The notes under the pieces: model-generated | Databases searched by the model: none | What the model was told of the DNA's origin: nothing | Seen by the model: the letters and a program-made list of their open reading frames with translations, nothing else | Assembly: GCA_030390025.1 (NCBI GenBank) | Contig: CM059432.1 | Span: forward strand, 113,834,001-113,898,000 | Length of the DNA: 64,000 nt | Direction: 5' to 3' | Source of the DNA: Squalus acanthias | Lineage: Eukaryota | Translations under genes and position numbers: made by a program | Shown here: positions 34,741-49,200 of the stretch, in pieces | Position numbering within the stretch: position 1 is the stretch's first letter | Layout of the letters: the number at the start of each line of letters is the position of its first letter

Positions 34741-37700
34741 TTGGTTCCTTCTGGGAAGTTATTTGTGTCCTCTTCCGTGAAGACAGAACCAAATTATTTG
34801 TTTAATTGCTCTGCCATTTCCTTGTTCCCCATTATAAATTCTCCCGTTTCTGACTGTAAGGGACCTACATTTGTCTTCACTAATCTTTTTCTTTTTACAT
34901 ACTTGTAGAAGCTTTTACAGTCCGCTTTTATGTTCCTTGCAAGTTTACTCTCATACTCTATTTTTCCCCTCTTAATCAATCTCTTGGTCCTTTTTTGCTG
35001 AACTCTAAATTGCTCCCAATCCTCAGGCTTGCTACTTTTTCTGGCAACTTTATATGACTCCTCTTTGGATCTAATACTATCCTTAATTTCTTTTGTTAGT
35101 CATGGTTGGGCCGCTTTTCCTTTTGTCTTTTTGCGCCAGAAAGGAATCTATAACTGTTGCAATTCATGCATTAGTTCCTTAAATGTTAGCCATTGCCTAT
35201 CCACCGTCATGCCTTTTAATGAAGCTCCCCAATCTATCATAGCCATCTCACTCCTCATACCTTCGTAGTTTCCTTTGTTTAGATTTAGGACCCTAGTTTC
35301 GGATTGGACTACTTCACTTTCCATCTTAATGAAGAATTCTATCATGTTATGGTCACTCTTCCCTAAAGGACCCCGCACAACAAGATTATTAATTAGCCCC
35401 TTCTTATTACACAATACCCAATCTGGGATAGCCTGTTCCTTATTTGGCTCCTCAACATACCTGTCTAAAAAACTCATCTCGTACACACTCCAGGAATTCA
35501 TCCTCCACAGTATTATTGATAATTTGGTTTGGCCAGTCTATATGTAGATTAAAGTCACCCATGATTACTGTAGTACCCTTGTTACATGCATCTCTAATTT
35601 CCTGTTTGATGCTGTCCCCTACATAACCACTACTGTTTGGAGGCCTATAGACAACTCCCACCAATGTTTTCTGCCCCTTGGTGCTTCTTAGCTCCACCCA
35701 GACTGATTCTACATCTTGTTTTCTGAGCCAATATCCTTTCTCACTATTGCTCTGATTTCATCCTTTACTAACAACGCCACCCCACCTCCTTTTCCTTTTT
35801 GCCTGTCATTCCTAAATATCGAATATCCTTGGATATTCAGCCCCCAGCCTTGGTCACCCTGCAGCCATGTCTCCGTAATCGCAATTATATCATATCCGTT
35901 TACATCTATTTGCGCTGTTAATTCATCTACCTTATTACGAATGCGTTGTGCATTCAGATACAATGCCTTTAGATTTGTCTTTTTAACATTCTTAGACATC
36001 TTAACATTTTTTTGTACAATGGCCCTATTTGTCTTATTACCATTTTTTCTTACCCGGACCCTATTTGTTAGTGCACTCCTTTGTTTGTATGCTCTGTCCC
36101 TTCCTGACACAATCTGGTTATCCTTACCCCAATCACTTTCCTGCACTGCTTCCTTGTCTTTTCTCTTTAACATTCTAGATTTCTCTCCACCGGGACCCTC
36201 CCCTCCCTTATTTAGTTTAAAGCCCTATCTCCCTCCCTAGTTATTCGATTCGCTAGAACTCTGGTCCCAGCATGGTTCAGGTGTAGTCCGTCCCAACGGA
36301 ACAGCTCTCTCTTTCCCCAGTACTGGTGCCAGTGCCCCACGAATCGAAACCCACTTCTCCCACACCAATCTTAGAGCCACGCATTCATCTCCCTGATCCT
36401 ATTGGCCCTATGCCAATTTGCTCGTGACTCCGGTAATAATCCAGAGATTATGACCTTTGTGGTTCTGCTTTTTAATTTAGTCCCTAGCTGCTCAAACTCT
36501 CTCAGCAGAACCCCTTTCTTTGTCCTACCTATGTTGTTGGTACCTACGTAGACCACGACAACTGGATCCTCCCCCTCCCACTCCAAGTTCTTCTTCAGCC
36601 CGGAGGAGATGTCCTTTACCCTGGCACCAGGTAGGCAATATAGCCTTCGGGACTCATGCTCCTGGCTGCAGAGAACAGTGTCTGTCCCCCTAACTATACT
36701 GTCGCCTACTACAACCACCTTCCTTTTTTACTCCCCCCACTTGACCGGCTTCCTGTACCACAGTGCCATGGTCAGTTTGCTCGTCCTCCCCGCAGTCCCC
36801 GCACTTGTCCACAAGGGTTGCAAGAACCTCGAATCTATCGGACAAGTGCAGGGGCTGAGGCTTCTGCAATACTACCTCCTGGATCCCTGTACCTGCCTCA
36901 TTCACAGTCACACTCTCCTGTTCCTGACCACGTGTCAATTCTAAAGTATTTAATCTCAGGTGTGTGGCTGCCTCCTGGAGAAAAGGTCCAGGTAACTTTC
37001 TCCCTCCCTGATGTCTCGCAATGTCTGCAGCTCGGACTCCAGCTCCTCAACTCGGAGCCGAAGTTCCTCGAGCCGCAGACACTTACCGCAGATGTAGTCG
37101 CCCTGGACAAAAATGTCCACAAGCTCCCACATATTGCAGCAGCAACACATCTCCTGTTCTCCCATTATTTTATTTATTTAATTAACTAGTTTAGTGTTAA
37201 ATTATTTACCTCATTTAGTTTATTAAATTAATTAAATTATGTTTAGTTTTTAAAATTTAGTTATAGGTTGTATGTTAACTTAAAACTTAGCTCACAGTCA
37301 CTACCAATCACATATCTGCCTTAACTGTGATGTCACACTGCCGTTTTCTCTTGTTGATGCAGGTCTGATGCTGCTTTTATCCCCGCTCTCGAGCGTCGGT
37401 CTGCTCCCGCTCAGGTCCGCCGCCGCTCTGCAGGACAAGTTAGGAAAAGCAAGCACCTCCTTCCCCACTTCACCGAACTCCCACACTTACCAAACTCCCA
37501 GTTGTTCACACTGTGCACACTGCTCTCTGTGCTGGCTGCACTCACAGGCCCCTGTGTTTATACTGTTTGTGACTCAGATGAGTCAGCACTGCCCTGCTAC
37601 TGTTTCAGGAACCAGTTTAATGCAGTAAGCTAATTAATTAACTACAGCAGCTCTCCAGCAGGAGAGCTTGCTTATTTGTCTCTGCTTAAGCCTGAAGAAA

Positions 37701-37790
37701 CTTAAAAATTTAAAGTTTAAATTTTAACTTAAACAGTTGATCTTACTTAAAAGCAACTAGCAATTAACACTAGATTTTCAAAGAGATTAA
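34741..37790 (-). mobile_element. CR1 LINE 5' portion: 5' UTR, ORF1 (zinc finger/coiled coil plus SGNH esterase) and ORF2 APE domain; 3'-truncated
   Basis: ORF1 pieces CCCCNMWE...CGKC..LEELRLRVEELESEL and VVVGDSIVRG...PGA...GTN. ORF2 pieces ITETWL, GGGVAL, VYRPP, MGDFN, SDH. Confidence 0.9.
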
Positions 37791-38725
37791 AACATTTGTT
37801 TAGCAGTGATAACGCTGTCAAAACCCCAGTTACAGCCAATCCCTTTGGGTCTAACTTTTAGTGGGGAATTTAACAGCGTAATTACTGCGGAAGAGCCGAG
37901 GTTTTCGTCAGTTTCCCTGATTTGAATGATTTCACTGATTGCCAGCTCTGTGGGGGGAGGGGGTGTGTGCGGTGGGGGGGTGGGGGGGGGAGGTGCACAG
38001 TGCAGCCTGTGGAAGAGCAGTGAATGACAGACCGCAATTATAAGAGCTGGGAGGTTATGCTTGAACTATATAAAACACAAGTTAGGCCGCAGCTAGAATA
38101 CTGCATACAGTTCTGGTCACCACATTACAGGGAGGATGTGATTGCAGAGGACATTTACGATGATGTTACCTGGGCTGGGGAATTTTAACTATGAGGGAAT
38201 ATTGGATAGGCTGGTGTTGTTTTCTTTGGAACAGAGGAGGCTGAGGAGAGACCTGATTGAGGTGTCTAAAATTATGAGGGGCCTAGATAGAGTGGATAGG
38301 AAGGACCTATTTCCCTTAGCAGAAGGGTCAATAGCCAAGGGGCACAGATTTAAAGTAATTGGTCGGAGGTTTAGAGGGGATTTGAGGAGAAATTTTTTGG
38401 GGGGGTCTGGAACTCACTGCCTGAAAGGGTGGTAGAGATAGAGACCCTCATCACATTTAAAAAGTACTTGGATGTGCACTTGAAGTGCCGTAACCTACAA
38501 GGCTACAGACCAAGTGCTGGAAAGTGGGATTAGGGTGGATAGCTCTTTGTCGGCCGGCACGGACAAGATGGGCCGAATGGCCTCCTTCTGTGCTGTAAAT
38601 TTCTATGATTTCAGGATTTCCACATTAGGCTGCGCCTGCGGCAAATCCCGAAGTTGCGGTCAGTTTCAAAGGTGGAATGATGGCGAACACTGCCAGTTCA
38701 CCATCATCCGGACCGCAGATTGTTT
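37791..38725. mobile_element. Partial MITE of family M2 (inverted) with a nested CR1 3' fragment (about 38040-38610, + strand)
   Basis: The flanks are the reverse complement of 19254-19590. The CR1 ORF2 end is in ORF 38142..38435. Confidence 0.75.
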
Positions 38726-39356
38726 TTGGAGCTGCCATGCCAAGAGAGCGAAGAGGGGTTGGCAGGCCTATTGGATCTAGTCCAATCCAGTTAGATTGAG
38801 TGCTTGTCCTAAAATAAACCACAATGGCCCTATTTGATGATATAATGCTCAAGTGTGCTTGCTGTATTGCTGGTTTACACAGCTTCAGATAAAGATCAGT
38901 GGCTGCAAGTTAGATTTTTTTTTAAATATTTAGCAAACAACAAGAAGAATAAACTCATGAGTCTCTGAGAACAATCTCACAGTCCACAAAATGAAAGATT
39001 TTACCAACACATCCAATTCATCCAGAGCTGGATTTTATTCCACCATCTCACCATCTCGGTAATTCTGTGATAAATTTATTGCTATGCCACGATTAACAGT
39101 TAAATTCAAAACGGAGGTGAAAAAAGAGGCTTCCAACCTCATTACAATATTTAAATTAAGATAACGCCCCCTGGGAGCAGGTTGGTTGCACACCCCCCGT
39201 CCCGCCTCCAGCAAAACCGGAAGTGGGCGGGTTGGAGGCGGGATCGGGTCGGGAATCCCACTTTTAACAATTTAACTGCCCCCACGCTCCAAACCCACCC
39301 ATTTCTTTAGGGGAAAATTCCGGCTGAGGTCAGCTTCCACATGTATACTGATGACA

Positions 39357-39735
39357 CTCAGACCTAATAGAGGTCTTAAAGATTATAAAGGGGTTTGACA
39401 GGGTAGAAATAGAGAAGATGTTTCCACTTGTGGGGGAGTTCAAAACTAGGGGACATAAATATAAGATAGTCACCAATAAATCCAATAAGGAATTCAGGAG
39501 AAACCTTTTTACTCAGAGAATAGTTAGAATGTGGAACTTGCTACCACATGGAGTGGTTGAGGAGAATGGCATAGATGCATTTAAGCTAGATAAGTACATG
39601 AGGGTGAAAGGAATTGAAAGATATGCTGATAGGGTTAGATGAAGTAGGGTGGGAGGAGGCTCGTGTGGAGCATAAACACTGGCACGGACCTGTGGGGCCG
39701 AATGGTCTGTTTCTGGGCTGTAAATTCTTTGTAAC
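39357..39735 (+). mobile_element. CR1 LINE 3' fragment
   Basis: ORF 39418..39642 (TRGHKYK...FTQRIVRMWNLLP) plus 3' UTR. Confidence 0.85.
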
Positions 39736-40286
39736 TCCTTCACTGGTGATGGAGGCTGCAGCCGCTAGTGGTGGACTGAAGTGGGTGTACAGTACACATG
39801 TCACAGGAATGGAGAGCTCAGAGGATGGTGATCGTGCTGGAGAGGGTTACAGAGATAGGCGGGGCGGGGGGGCGGGGTGTGGGGGGCGCAAGAACGCAGA
39901 GGGATTTAAACACAAGGATCAGAATTTTAAACTTCAGCTGTTGAGCCCAGGTAGGAGTGGGGTGATGAATGAGTGGGCTTGGCATGGGATAGGATATGGT
40001 TTGCAGAGTTTTGGATGAGCTGAAGTTTATGAAGGATGGGAGCCCAGCTAAGAGAACATTAGAATAATTAGGTCTGTTGGATGGGTGCGGGTTTCAGTAG
40101 CAAATGTGCTGAGGCAGGGGCAAAGGAGGGAGATATTACAGAGGTGCTTCTCCAACATCCAGCCTTGGATGAGCCACAATTTCCTCCAGCTAAACACTGG
40201 CAAGACTGAAGCTATTAGCCCCCACCACAATCTCTATACGCGCACCACAGATTCCATCCCCTGTCTCAGACTGAACCAGACACTTC

Positions 40287-42013
40287 AGCCGCGATTTTGC
40301 TGACCTCGGCGGGCCCGTGGCGGGCGACATCGGTGGCGGGTCCCGACCCCACTGCTGTCTCCATCCCGCTCTGTAAAATGAATTTCCCTTGATTGGCTTT
40401 CTTAGGCCTGCCCAGCGTGGTCCCCGGCCAATTAGAGGAAGCGGGACTGGTGACATAATTTCATGACGTATCATCAGCCGGTTTCCTTAAAGGGACCATG
40501 GCCAAATTTATTTTGACATTTATGCTGTCAGTGTTCTACAGCATTGAGGTGCTGCAAACACTGACAATGACTGCACAAAGGCACAGAGCTGCACCCAGGC
40601 TCTCCCATGACTCCCTCCATATGCTTATAGAGGGAGTCACAGCACGCAGGGAGGTCCTCTTCCCTTCCCATGGACGGAAGAGACCTCCCCAGGAGATCAA
40701 CACAGCCTGGTTGCACATATCAAGGAGGGCACAAGCAGGAATGTGGTCAGGAGAACCAGGGTGCAGTGCCGCAAATGTTTCAATGATCTCAGTAGATCAT
40801 GAAATGTTAGTACAAAGTCGCACTCAACCTCATCCCGCTGTGCCTCTCATCACATCCCCATCACTCTGCATTCCCTACCCTACCCCTGCACATCCTTACT
40901 CACACCAACTTACCTTGGACCTCCACCCATCCCTCTCTCTCTATCTACATTATCACATCCCCATCTCACTAGCCACTAGCAATCATACCTACTAACAACA
41001 CACAATGGTAGACACTTGGGTGTTTTATGCAATGTTTATGTAAAGTTTCTGTTAATGTGGTGTCAAACATTGAAACCTTTATTTTCAACACTTTGCATTC
41101 TTGGACAGATTTGTGTGCACCTTTGGAAGTGGTTTAGTGAGTTGCAGTGAATGGTGAAACATAACGGTACCCACTGCAATGGTGCTGAGTGTGAAAGGAA
41201 TGGCTTGGGCATTGTATGGATGCTTTATGGTGTTGGTGTGTGGTGGTGCCAACCTGGCGCATCATGTGGCAGCCAGGGTGTACAGCATCAAGTGAATTAA
41301 ATCTGGCCATGAGGAGGCCATCCCAGACCTCCCGGGCAGCAATGTGGTTGGGTGCTGATGCCCTCTGTCCTGTGCAGCACCAGTTGATTGCGGAGAAGGT
41401 TGGTGTTGTTGTTGGTGCTGCTGGTGTTGGGGCTGATCGTGGTGGGATTCTGAAGACCAAGGTGAGAGAGTATAAAGGGCACCCATGCTGATGGAATAGA
41501 TGGCAGATGAAGTAGAGATGACAGAGCAATCTGTCAATGGTGAGAGAGGTAATGAGGTCAACCTGGATGGAGACTTATGTAAAGACTTGCAGCATGGTGA
41601 ATCTGTTGTGGAAATGCAGTGACGAAGAGTTTGTGGATAAGGGAAGATATCTCTGTAGAGCTTTTACTGTACATTTGAAGCTGTCAACTCAACAGCTGAT
41701 TCAATGGCCACTGAACTCCCGCCTCAACTTGACAGACGTGGTCCATGACCAGCGTGGACCCCATGGGAGAGCTGTCAAATGCAAAAGGTAAGATGAAAAT
41801 CATTCTTAAGTGGCTTTAAACAAGCCACTAATTACCTGAATCGGGTCCCCCGCCGCTGCATGTCGGGTCTGCTCTGCGCTGACAGACCGGACATTGGGAA
41901 AGGCACGTGGCGGTGGGTTCACAGCGGGGTCCCAATCCGCTGTGAACAAAAACCACTTTCCCACCCGACCCACCATCAATCGTGCCTGCTGACCCCCCCA
42001 CAAAATTCCGGCC
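40287..42013. mobile_element. Internally deleted Harbinger transposon H4, inserted in an old L2 fragment
   Basis: TIR AGCCGCGATTTTG / CAAAATTCCGGCC, TSD TTC. Myb-like exon 1 on + (APRLSHDSL...RREVLFP...AW). Transposase-end remnant on - (AAREVWDGLLMARF). Confidence 0.82.
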
Positions 42014-42344
42014 TTCGAATCCTTGGCATCATGTTCAATCTTCTGACCCAATGTCCTCTCCATCACAAAGATCACCAGAATGTGGTCCCTGGAGCATGTA
42101 CTCTACTAAGGGGCATTGTCTTCACGATTAAATGTTTGTAAAATGTTTTTGTTAAAAGAAAGATAAGAGACAGAAGAATCCTGTGTCATTATCCTCTGAA
42201 TAACATCATGCACGAGTGACACAATGATCTGTTCTGATACAATTTATATGTCTCTGTTTCTAAGAATATGAAAAAATGTTTGCAAAACACTTGAAGATGA
42301 AAATTCTATCTCTTTCATATATTTTGGGAGGTGATTTTTGTATA

Positions 42345-42570
42345 ATACAACAGCAACAACAACAACTTGTATTTATATAGCGCCTTTAATGTAGTAAAAC
42401 ATCCCAAGATGCTTCACACGAGCGTTATCAAACAAAATTTGACACTGAGCCACATAAGGAGATATTGGGGCAGGAAGCGGTAGGTTTTAAGGAGCGTCTT
42501 AAAGGAGAAGATGGAGAGGTTTAGGGAGAGAATTCCAGAACTTAGGGCCAAGGCACGGCCGCCAATGGTT
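42345..42570 (-). mobile_element. L2 3' end fragment
   Basis: Near-identical in layout to 30026-30280. Other L2 tails at about 42700-43045 (+) and 44110-44215 (+). Confidence 0.8.
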
Positions 42571-45066
42571 ATAATTTGCCATTAAGGTGCTTTGGACAGT
42601 TATTCTTTTAGGGGATCGCTACATATTCTGATGCACCAGTTACTGAGTGGAATTTATTAACGTAAATGAAATTTGTATTGCTGGCCCGCTTCACCTGTCA
42701 CAGATGCTCTGCAGACCTTATCCAGCCTTACATCCCCCCGCACCCCCCCCCCCCCAAGCTCTCCGTTTCCCTGACTCCAGCCTCTTGTGCTCCTTTCCTC
42801 GCTCTACTATCGACAGCTGTGCTTTCAGCCATCTATTTTCCATTCTCCTGAAAACGCCCCCTAAACCACCCTGCTTCTCCATCACTGTCTCCTCCTTTAA
42901 GAGCTTCGCTAAAACCCACCTCTTTTGGTCACACTTTCTAATCTCTTCTTTCTTGGCTCAGTATCTGTTGTTTTTTTCTCCTCCCTCACGTCTATCTGTG
43001 AAGTGCTTTGGGACATTTTCTATGTTAAGGATGCTGCATAAATGCTAATAATAGTTGTTTAATGGGCTAGAAGAAACGGTTCCATTTGACAGTAGATCAC
43101 ATGATCCAGTGGGTCCGCACATCTGGAGCTTTGGCTGTTTGTATTAGCAAGTGCCATTGACGACTCGAGAAATGTGCGCTTGCAGCTAACAACACTCACA
43201 TAAAATAAGAGTTCCTTGTCAGTAGTACAACCCAAAGTTGCTTTAATAGCACCATTTTCCACTTTGCAGAAAATGGGCCAACAATTTGAATGTACGTCCC
43301 AAGGAGAAGATAGGGATATTCTATACTGTTTTAATGCTTTATATTTATTCTACAATATTCAGTGGTAAAATGAATTTACGTTAATTATGTGTTGGAATTT
43401 CTCACCAGCAGCACCTTACTTGTACTCAGGAGGATGCCTCACTCTCCTGAACTGATTTATATAATGCAGGTACACATGGGCTTTGTGTGCATTTCAATCA
43501 TAATTTATGTTTTTCTTGTAACATGAAACAGGCACGACATAGGGATAATTGCAAAGAGGAAATTCAAAACAAACAGATTGGTTTTAATAACGTAAATGCA
43601 ATTTTCATTTCTGGCCTGCTTCCACTTTCTTACTTCTGAATGAATCCACAGACCTTGGCATATATGACTAATTCTGTAATTTCCCTGCATCTACGCATCA
43701 AACTGGGAAATTTAATGATTTTTCAACAAGGACAACAGATTTACATGAAAATCTGTTCCTTGGCAGGAAGAGAACCTGCAGCAATCAATATGAAACCTGT
43801 TGACAGCAGTTTGATCATGTCAGCTTTGGGTGAATGATGCAATTAGCAAAAGGTGGCGGCAGTGCAATCTCGTTGAAAAATATCGTACCATTCGCTACAA
43901 GCCATGTAGTGGCAAGCAGTTAGCTTTTATCAACTGGCTTTAATCAATAGTTTTTAGAATTTTTCAAAATATTCCCCAATCTTGACAATTAAATATTGCA
44001 TAAATGATTCCAAAGACTTTCAGTTAAGCAGGAAAATGAGTTGATAAATTAGTTCACTTCAAATTTCTTGCATAGCCAAAAACTGCCTATTACAACATTT
44101 CTGCTATAGCAGCAATATCTTATGTTGTGGCTCGGTGTCAAATTTTGTTTTATAACGCTCCTGTGAAGCGCCTTGGGATGTTTTACTATGTTAATACAAG
44201 TTGTTGTTGTTGTAGCTGGTTTTCTTTCTCCTCTCATCCCCTGAAGGTGGTGACTCTTACTCGGTTTTGACTCCAGGAGTGCTGACAGCCCTTCAGCACC
44301 TCATCTAAGTGGCCACCCTTAGACAGTAAAGGGTTCAAATTCCAGCTGGCGGAAGTGGTTCTCCCGGAGCGAACTGGTTGAGTGGGGATTGAAAATTGGG
44401 ATGTTTTTGAAGTCACGGCTCCCAGTTTGTAAATGGCCCCGTGTGAAATCACAACTCTGACTGTCTGCCAGTGTTCCTTACTCTTGCACAGAATATGTGA
44501 GAATATCATTATAACCCTGAAACGTATACAAATAAAGGCCAAATTGGCAATTGGCAAAATCGTGGAGTTTATGATACACACCTGCTGTACACTCAGCACA
44601 TACATTGACAGTAGATGTTAAGGGCCAGTCATGTTCTGGCCTTGATGAAGGGATATATTAAAGTTGAACTACTTCAATTATTTTTGACTGGTAGACAGTT
44701 ATGTTGTATACTGTTATTGGCTGAAAGGAAGTAACTGTGGCACTTTCATGTATATGAATTTGCTTTTTATTTTCTGTTGGTGGGGGCGATGGGGTAAGTT
44801 ATTTTCCCCATGCTTTTTAAAACATTCCTCTCTGTAACATACCATTCCGCTGCCAAACAAACTGGTGCCCACCTTGTGTCTGACACATGTTCACTCTACT
44901 CTTGAGACAGCAACTATCAAATGTGGAAGAATGGTGGAGGTTTACTTCCCTCTCTTCCTCTTCAGGGCACATGTCTGGACATCACTTGGCTCCTTCTCTC
45001 CAAAGCAACAGTTGAAATCAGAAACTCACCGCATATGAGAAATCATTGATGCTATCCAGTATCTTA

Positions 45067-45505
45067 CATAGAATCATAGGATAGAATCTTAGAATCATTA
45101 AATCATAAAACACAGAAGGAGGCTGTTCGGCCCATCATGCCTGTGAAGAGCTGTCCTACTCCCCTGCTCTTTCCCCATAGTCCAGCATTTTTTTCCTTTT
45201 CAAGCATTTATCCAATTCCCTTTTGAAAGTTACCTGCTTCCACCACCTGTTCAGGCAGTGAATTCCAGATCGCAACAACTCGCTGCGTAAAAACAATTCT
45301 CTTCATCTTCTCTCTGGATCTTTTGCAAATTATCTTAAATCTGTGTCCTCTGGTTACCGACTCTTCTGCCACTGGAAAGTTTCTCCTTATTTACTTTATC
45401 AAAATCCTTCATGATTTTGAACACCTCTATTAAATCTCCTCTTAACCTTCTCTGCTCTAAGGAGAACAATCCCAGCTTCTCCAGTCCCTCCACACAACTG
45501 AAGTA
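45067..45505 (-). mobile_element. CR1 LINE 3' fragment
   Basis: LEKLGLFSLEQRRLRGDLIEVFKI and CATAGAAT tail. Confidence 0.88.
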
Positions 45506-45992
45506 CCAATCTGTGATAGAGTGCATTGGAACTTCTGTGCTGTGCCACCTAGGTGTGTTATATGTGATGCATTTTTGTTATGTTTATCCCAAATATTTGA
45601 TTTCTGTAGTGGTCTTGGGTTAAGCATTCTTGTTTATCAATCTTTCTGATGGTCTGGGAATTATGTGTCACATTTGGTTTCCTTGTTGGTCTTATGGGCT
45701 GTGGCGTTCCATTTCCTTCTAATCCTCGGCCTTCTAATTTGATTATGAATCCAAAATAAAATTCAAGTTAATCCAAATGTTCGACCCTCCTAAATAAAAC
45801 TAGCTTATGCCATAGAGTCTCATATTTTGGTTGGCTGGCTCAAATGTTGATCAACACTGAAATTCAGCTTCATTACTCTGTTGTAAGTGTCTATTGTTAT
45901 ATCAGTATTAGTAAAATGGTTTCCCATCAATTCTGTTGCACCCGAGTCCCAAGTTTCTATTGCAGATATTTTAGGATAGACTACAGTGATGT

Positions 45993-46239
45993 TGTTGAGG
46001 CTGCCGCGAAACACGAATGGAGGCTGAATCCGTATGTGGAAAACAAGAAACTTTTATTCACTGCATGGCACAACAAAATGTCTGCGAGAGACTGCTCCCA
46101 GAATTCCCTGGGTAAACTCCCAGAATTCTCTGGGTAAAACCTGAGGCCCCGCCCCCTTCTGCCTTAAAGGGAAGGGGCTGGAAATTTGTCCACAGACGGA
46201 AGAGTGGATTATGCCCGTTTTAGGTGGCGATCCGCCACA
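45993..46239 (-). repeat. 3' LTR
   Basis: Direct repeat of 50097-50343, preceded on the minus strand by the polypurine tract GGGGGGAG (about 46250-46243). Confidence 0.96.
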
Positions 46240-46259
46240 CAGCTCCCCCCAGAATCCGC

Positions 46260-49200
46260 TTAGGAGGTGTGGAGGAGACGGTGCGGCGGTCTGATGGGCC
46301 GGCCGGAGCGGCTCTTGTAGGACGCCGGTGGACGTGGAACGGCCGGGCATGGAGCAGCCGGGTAAACCGGCTTGAGGGCAGGTCGGCCGCGTGGAGGTGG
46401 ACGAGCTACAGGGACCTGCTCCCCGGGCTCCGAGTGTGCTGGCTTGAGTCGGTCCACCGACACTTTTTCGGTCCTGTCGCCCACTTGCAGGGTGAAAAAT
46501 TTGTCCCCAGCCTGTAGCACCTTGTAGGGCCCATCGTACGGGGGTTGAAGGGGTCCGCGGTGGGCGTCGTGCTGGACGAAAACAAACCGTGCCTGGTGCA
46601 GGCTTAGTGGGACGTGTGAGGTGGATTCACCGTGTCGGGCAATGGGCACCGGGGCAAACTGCAGCGCCGGTGAGGCGAAGTCGTGGCGTTGCTGGTCGGC
46701 TGACCAGGGTGTCGTGGCGGTGGGCAGGAACTCGCCGAGTACGCGCAGCGGCTGACCGTACACGAGCTCTGCTGCCGATGCGTGGAGGTCTTCTTTAACC
46801 GCGGTGCGCAGGCCGAGGAGGACCCACGGAAGTCGGTCAGTCCAGGCACCATCTTGGAGGCTGGCTCGAAGAGATGCCTTCAAGGATCTGTGGAACCGCT
46901 CACACAGTCCGTTGGCTTGGGGGTGGTACGCTGTGGTGCGGTGGATGGTCACCCCGAGATTGCGTGCGACGGCGGTCCAGAGTTCAGAGGTAAATTGCAG
47001 ACCTCTGTCCGACGTCATGTCGGAGGGGACGCCAAACCGTGCGACCCAGGTGCTGACGAAGGCTCTGGCGATGTCGGCGGTGGTGGTAGAGGTCAGTGGA
47101 ATTGCCTCAGGCCAGCGTGTGGTGCGGTCAACGATGGTCAGCAAGTGCGTGTAGCCTTGCGACGGCGGCAGGGGCCCGACGATGTCCACGTGGATGTGGT
47201 CGAATCTCCGCGAGGGGACGGTAAACTCCTCAAGGGGTGCTTTCGTGTGTTGCTGTACCTTGGCCCGTTGGCAGGATAGGCAGGAGTTGGCCCAAGTACG
47301 CACATCCTTGCGAAGGCCGCGCCAGACAAAGCGGTTGGCTACCAATTTGATGGATGCGCGGGCGCCGGGGTGGGAGAGGTTGTGGAGAATGTCGAATACC
47401 CGGCGCCGCCAGGACGCTGGGACGACGGGCCGAGGTTGACATAGGGATATGTCGCACTTGACCGTGACTGCGGTCGGGCCACAGGCGACGTCGGCCAGGC
47501 GTAGCCCTGGTAGGTTGGTGGGTGCGGAGAGCAGATTAGGGTCGGTGATCTGGTCTGCTGCGAGTTGAGCATAGTCGACTGCTAGGTGTGCGGCGTGGAT
47601 GGCGGGGCGGGAGAGGCAGTCGGCTACCACATTGTCTCGGCCGGAGATGTGTTGGATGTCCGTGGTGAACTCGGACACTGCCGTGAGCTGGCGCTGCTGC
47701 CTGGCGGACCAGGGGTCGGTTGTCTTTGCCATTGCGAATGTCAGGGGCTTGTGGTCGACAAACGCAGTGAAGGGGTGGCCCTCAAGCAAAAACCGGAAAT
47801 GGCGGACCGCCAGGAACAGCGCGAGGAGCTCGCGGTTGAAGGTGCTGTACTTGACCTCCGGGGGGCATAGTTGGCGGCTGAAGAAGGCAAGTGGTTGCCA
47901 GGCGCCGTCGACCCACTGCTCATACACGGCGCCGACCGCGTGGTCGGAGGCGTCCGTGGTGAGCGCTACCCTGGCATTGGGCCGTGGGTGCGTGAGTAGG
48001 GTGGCGTTGGCGAGCGCGGTCTTGGTGGAATCGAAGGTGGCAGATGCATCTGCCGTCCATTCGACCGCCATCTTGCCGCTCCTGCCCCGGAGGGCTTCAT
48101 ACAGGGGCCTCATGAGGGACGCCGCTTTGGGGATGAAGCGGTTATAGAAATTCACCATCCCGAGGAACTCCTGGAGGCCTTTGATGGTGGTGGGGCGGGG
48201 AAATTGTTGGACGGCCTGCACCTTGGTGGGCAGGGGAATGGCCCCAGCATGGGTGATGTGGTGGCCGAGGAAGTCGATCTTGTCCAGGCCGAACTGGCAT
48301 TTGGCTGGGCTGAGGATGAGCCCGTGGTCGCTGAGGCGCCCGAACAGGATGCAAAGGTGTTTGAGGTGTTCCTGCTTGGAGGAACTGGCTACCAGGATGT
48401 CGTCCAGGTAAACGAACAGGAACTTCAGGTCCCGAAGGACCGAGTCCATGAGCCGTTGGAATGCCTGGGCCGCGTTTTTGAGGCCGAAGGGCATCCGCAG
48501 GAACTCGAACAGGCCGAAGGGGGTGATTACGGCCGTCTTGGGGACGTCCGCGGGGTGGACGGGGACTTGGTGGTAGCCACGCACCAGGTCTACCTTGGAA
48601 AAGACTGAGCGGCCAGCCAGTCTAGCCGAGAAGTCCTGAATGTGCGGCACGGGGTACCGATCAGGGGTGGTGGCGTCATTGAGGCGGCGGTAATCCCCGC
48701 AGGGGCGCCAACCCCCGCCTGGTTTGGGGGCGATGTGGAGTGGGGAGGCCCAGGGACTGTTGGAGCGGCGGATGATGCCAAGCTGTTCCATGGTGGCAAA
48801 CTCGGTCCGCGCGATCTCCAGTTTGGCCGGGTCCAGCCTGTGGGCGTAGGCGTACACTGGGGGGCCTGTGGTGGGGATGAAGTGTTCCACCCCGTGTTTG
48901 GCGGCCTCCGCGGAGAAGGTCGGATTGGTAAGGGCCGGGAATTCGGCCAGGAGTGCCGAGTAGTCATCCGTGGCCCGGGCGTGACACTGTGACGCCATGT
49001 CGGCGGGTTGACGGGGGGCCATGTCGCCCAGGATGGGGGACATGGTGTTCATGTCAATGAGGCGGTGACGAGGGATGTCTACCAGTAAGCCGTGGGCACA
49101 CAGGAAATCTGCGCCGATGAGGGGGGAGAGCACCTTGGCAGTGATGAACTCCCATCGGTAGCGGTGACCAGCGAGGTCGAGGGTGACTGTCCGGGTGCCA

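Noticed and set aside
37950..37995. G-quadruplex-prone G-runs
   Set aside because: They correspond to the C-rich tract of MITE family M2 (about 19405-19435). No evidence of a locus-specific function.
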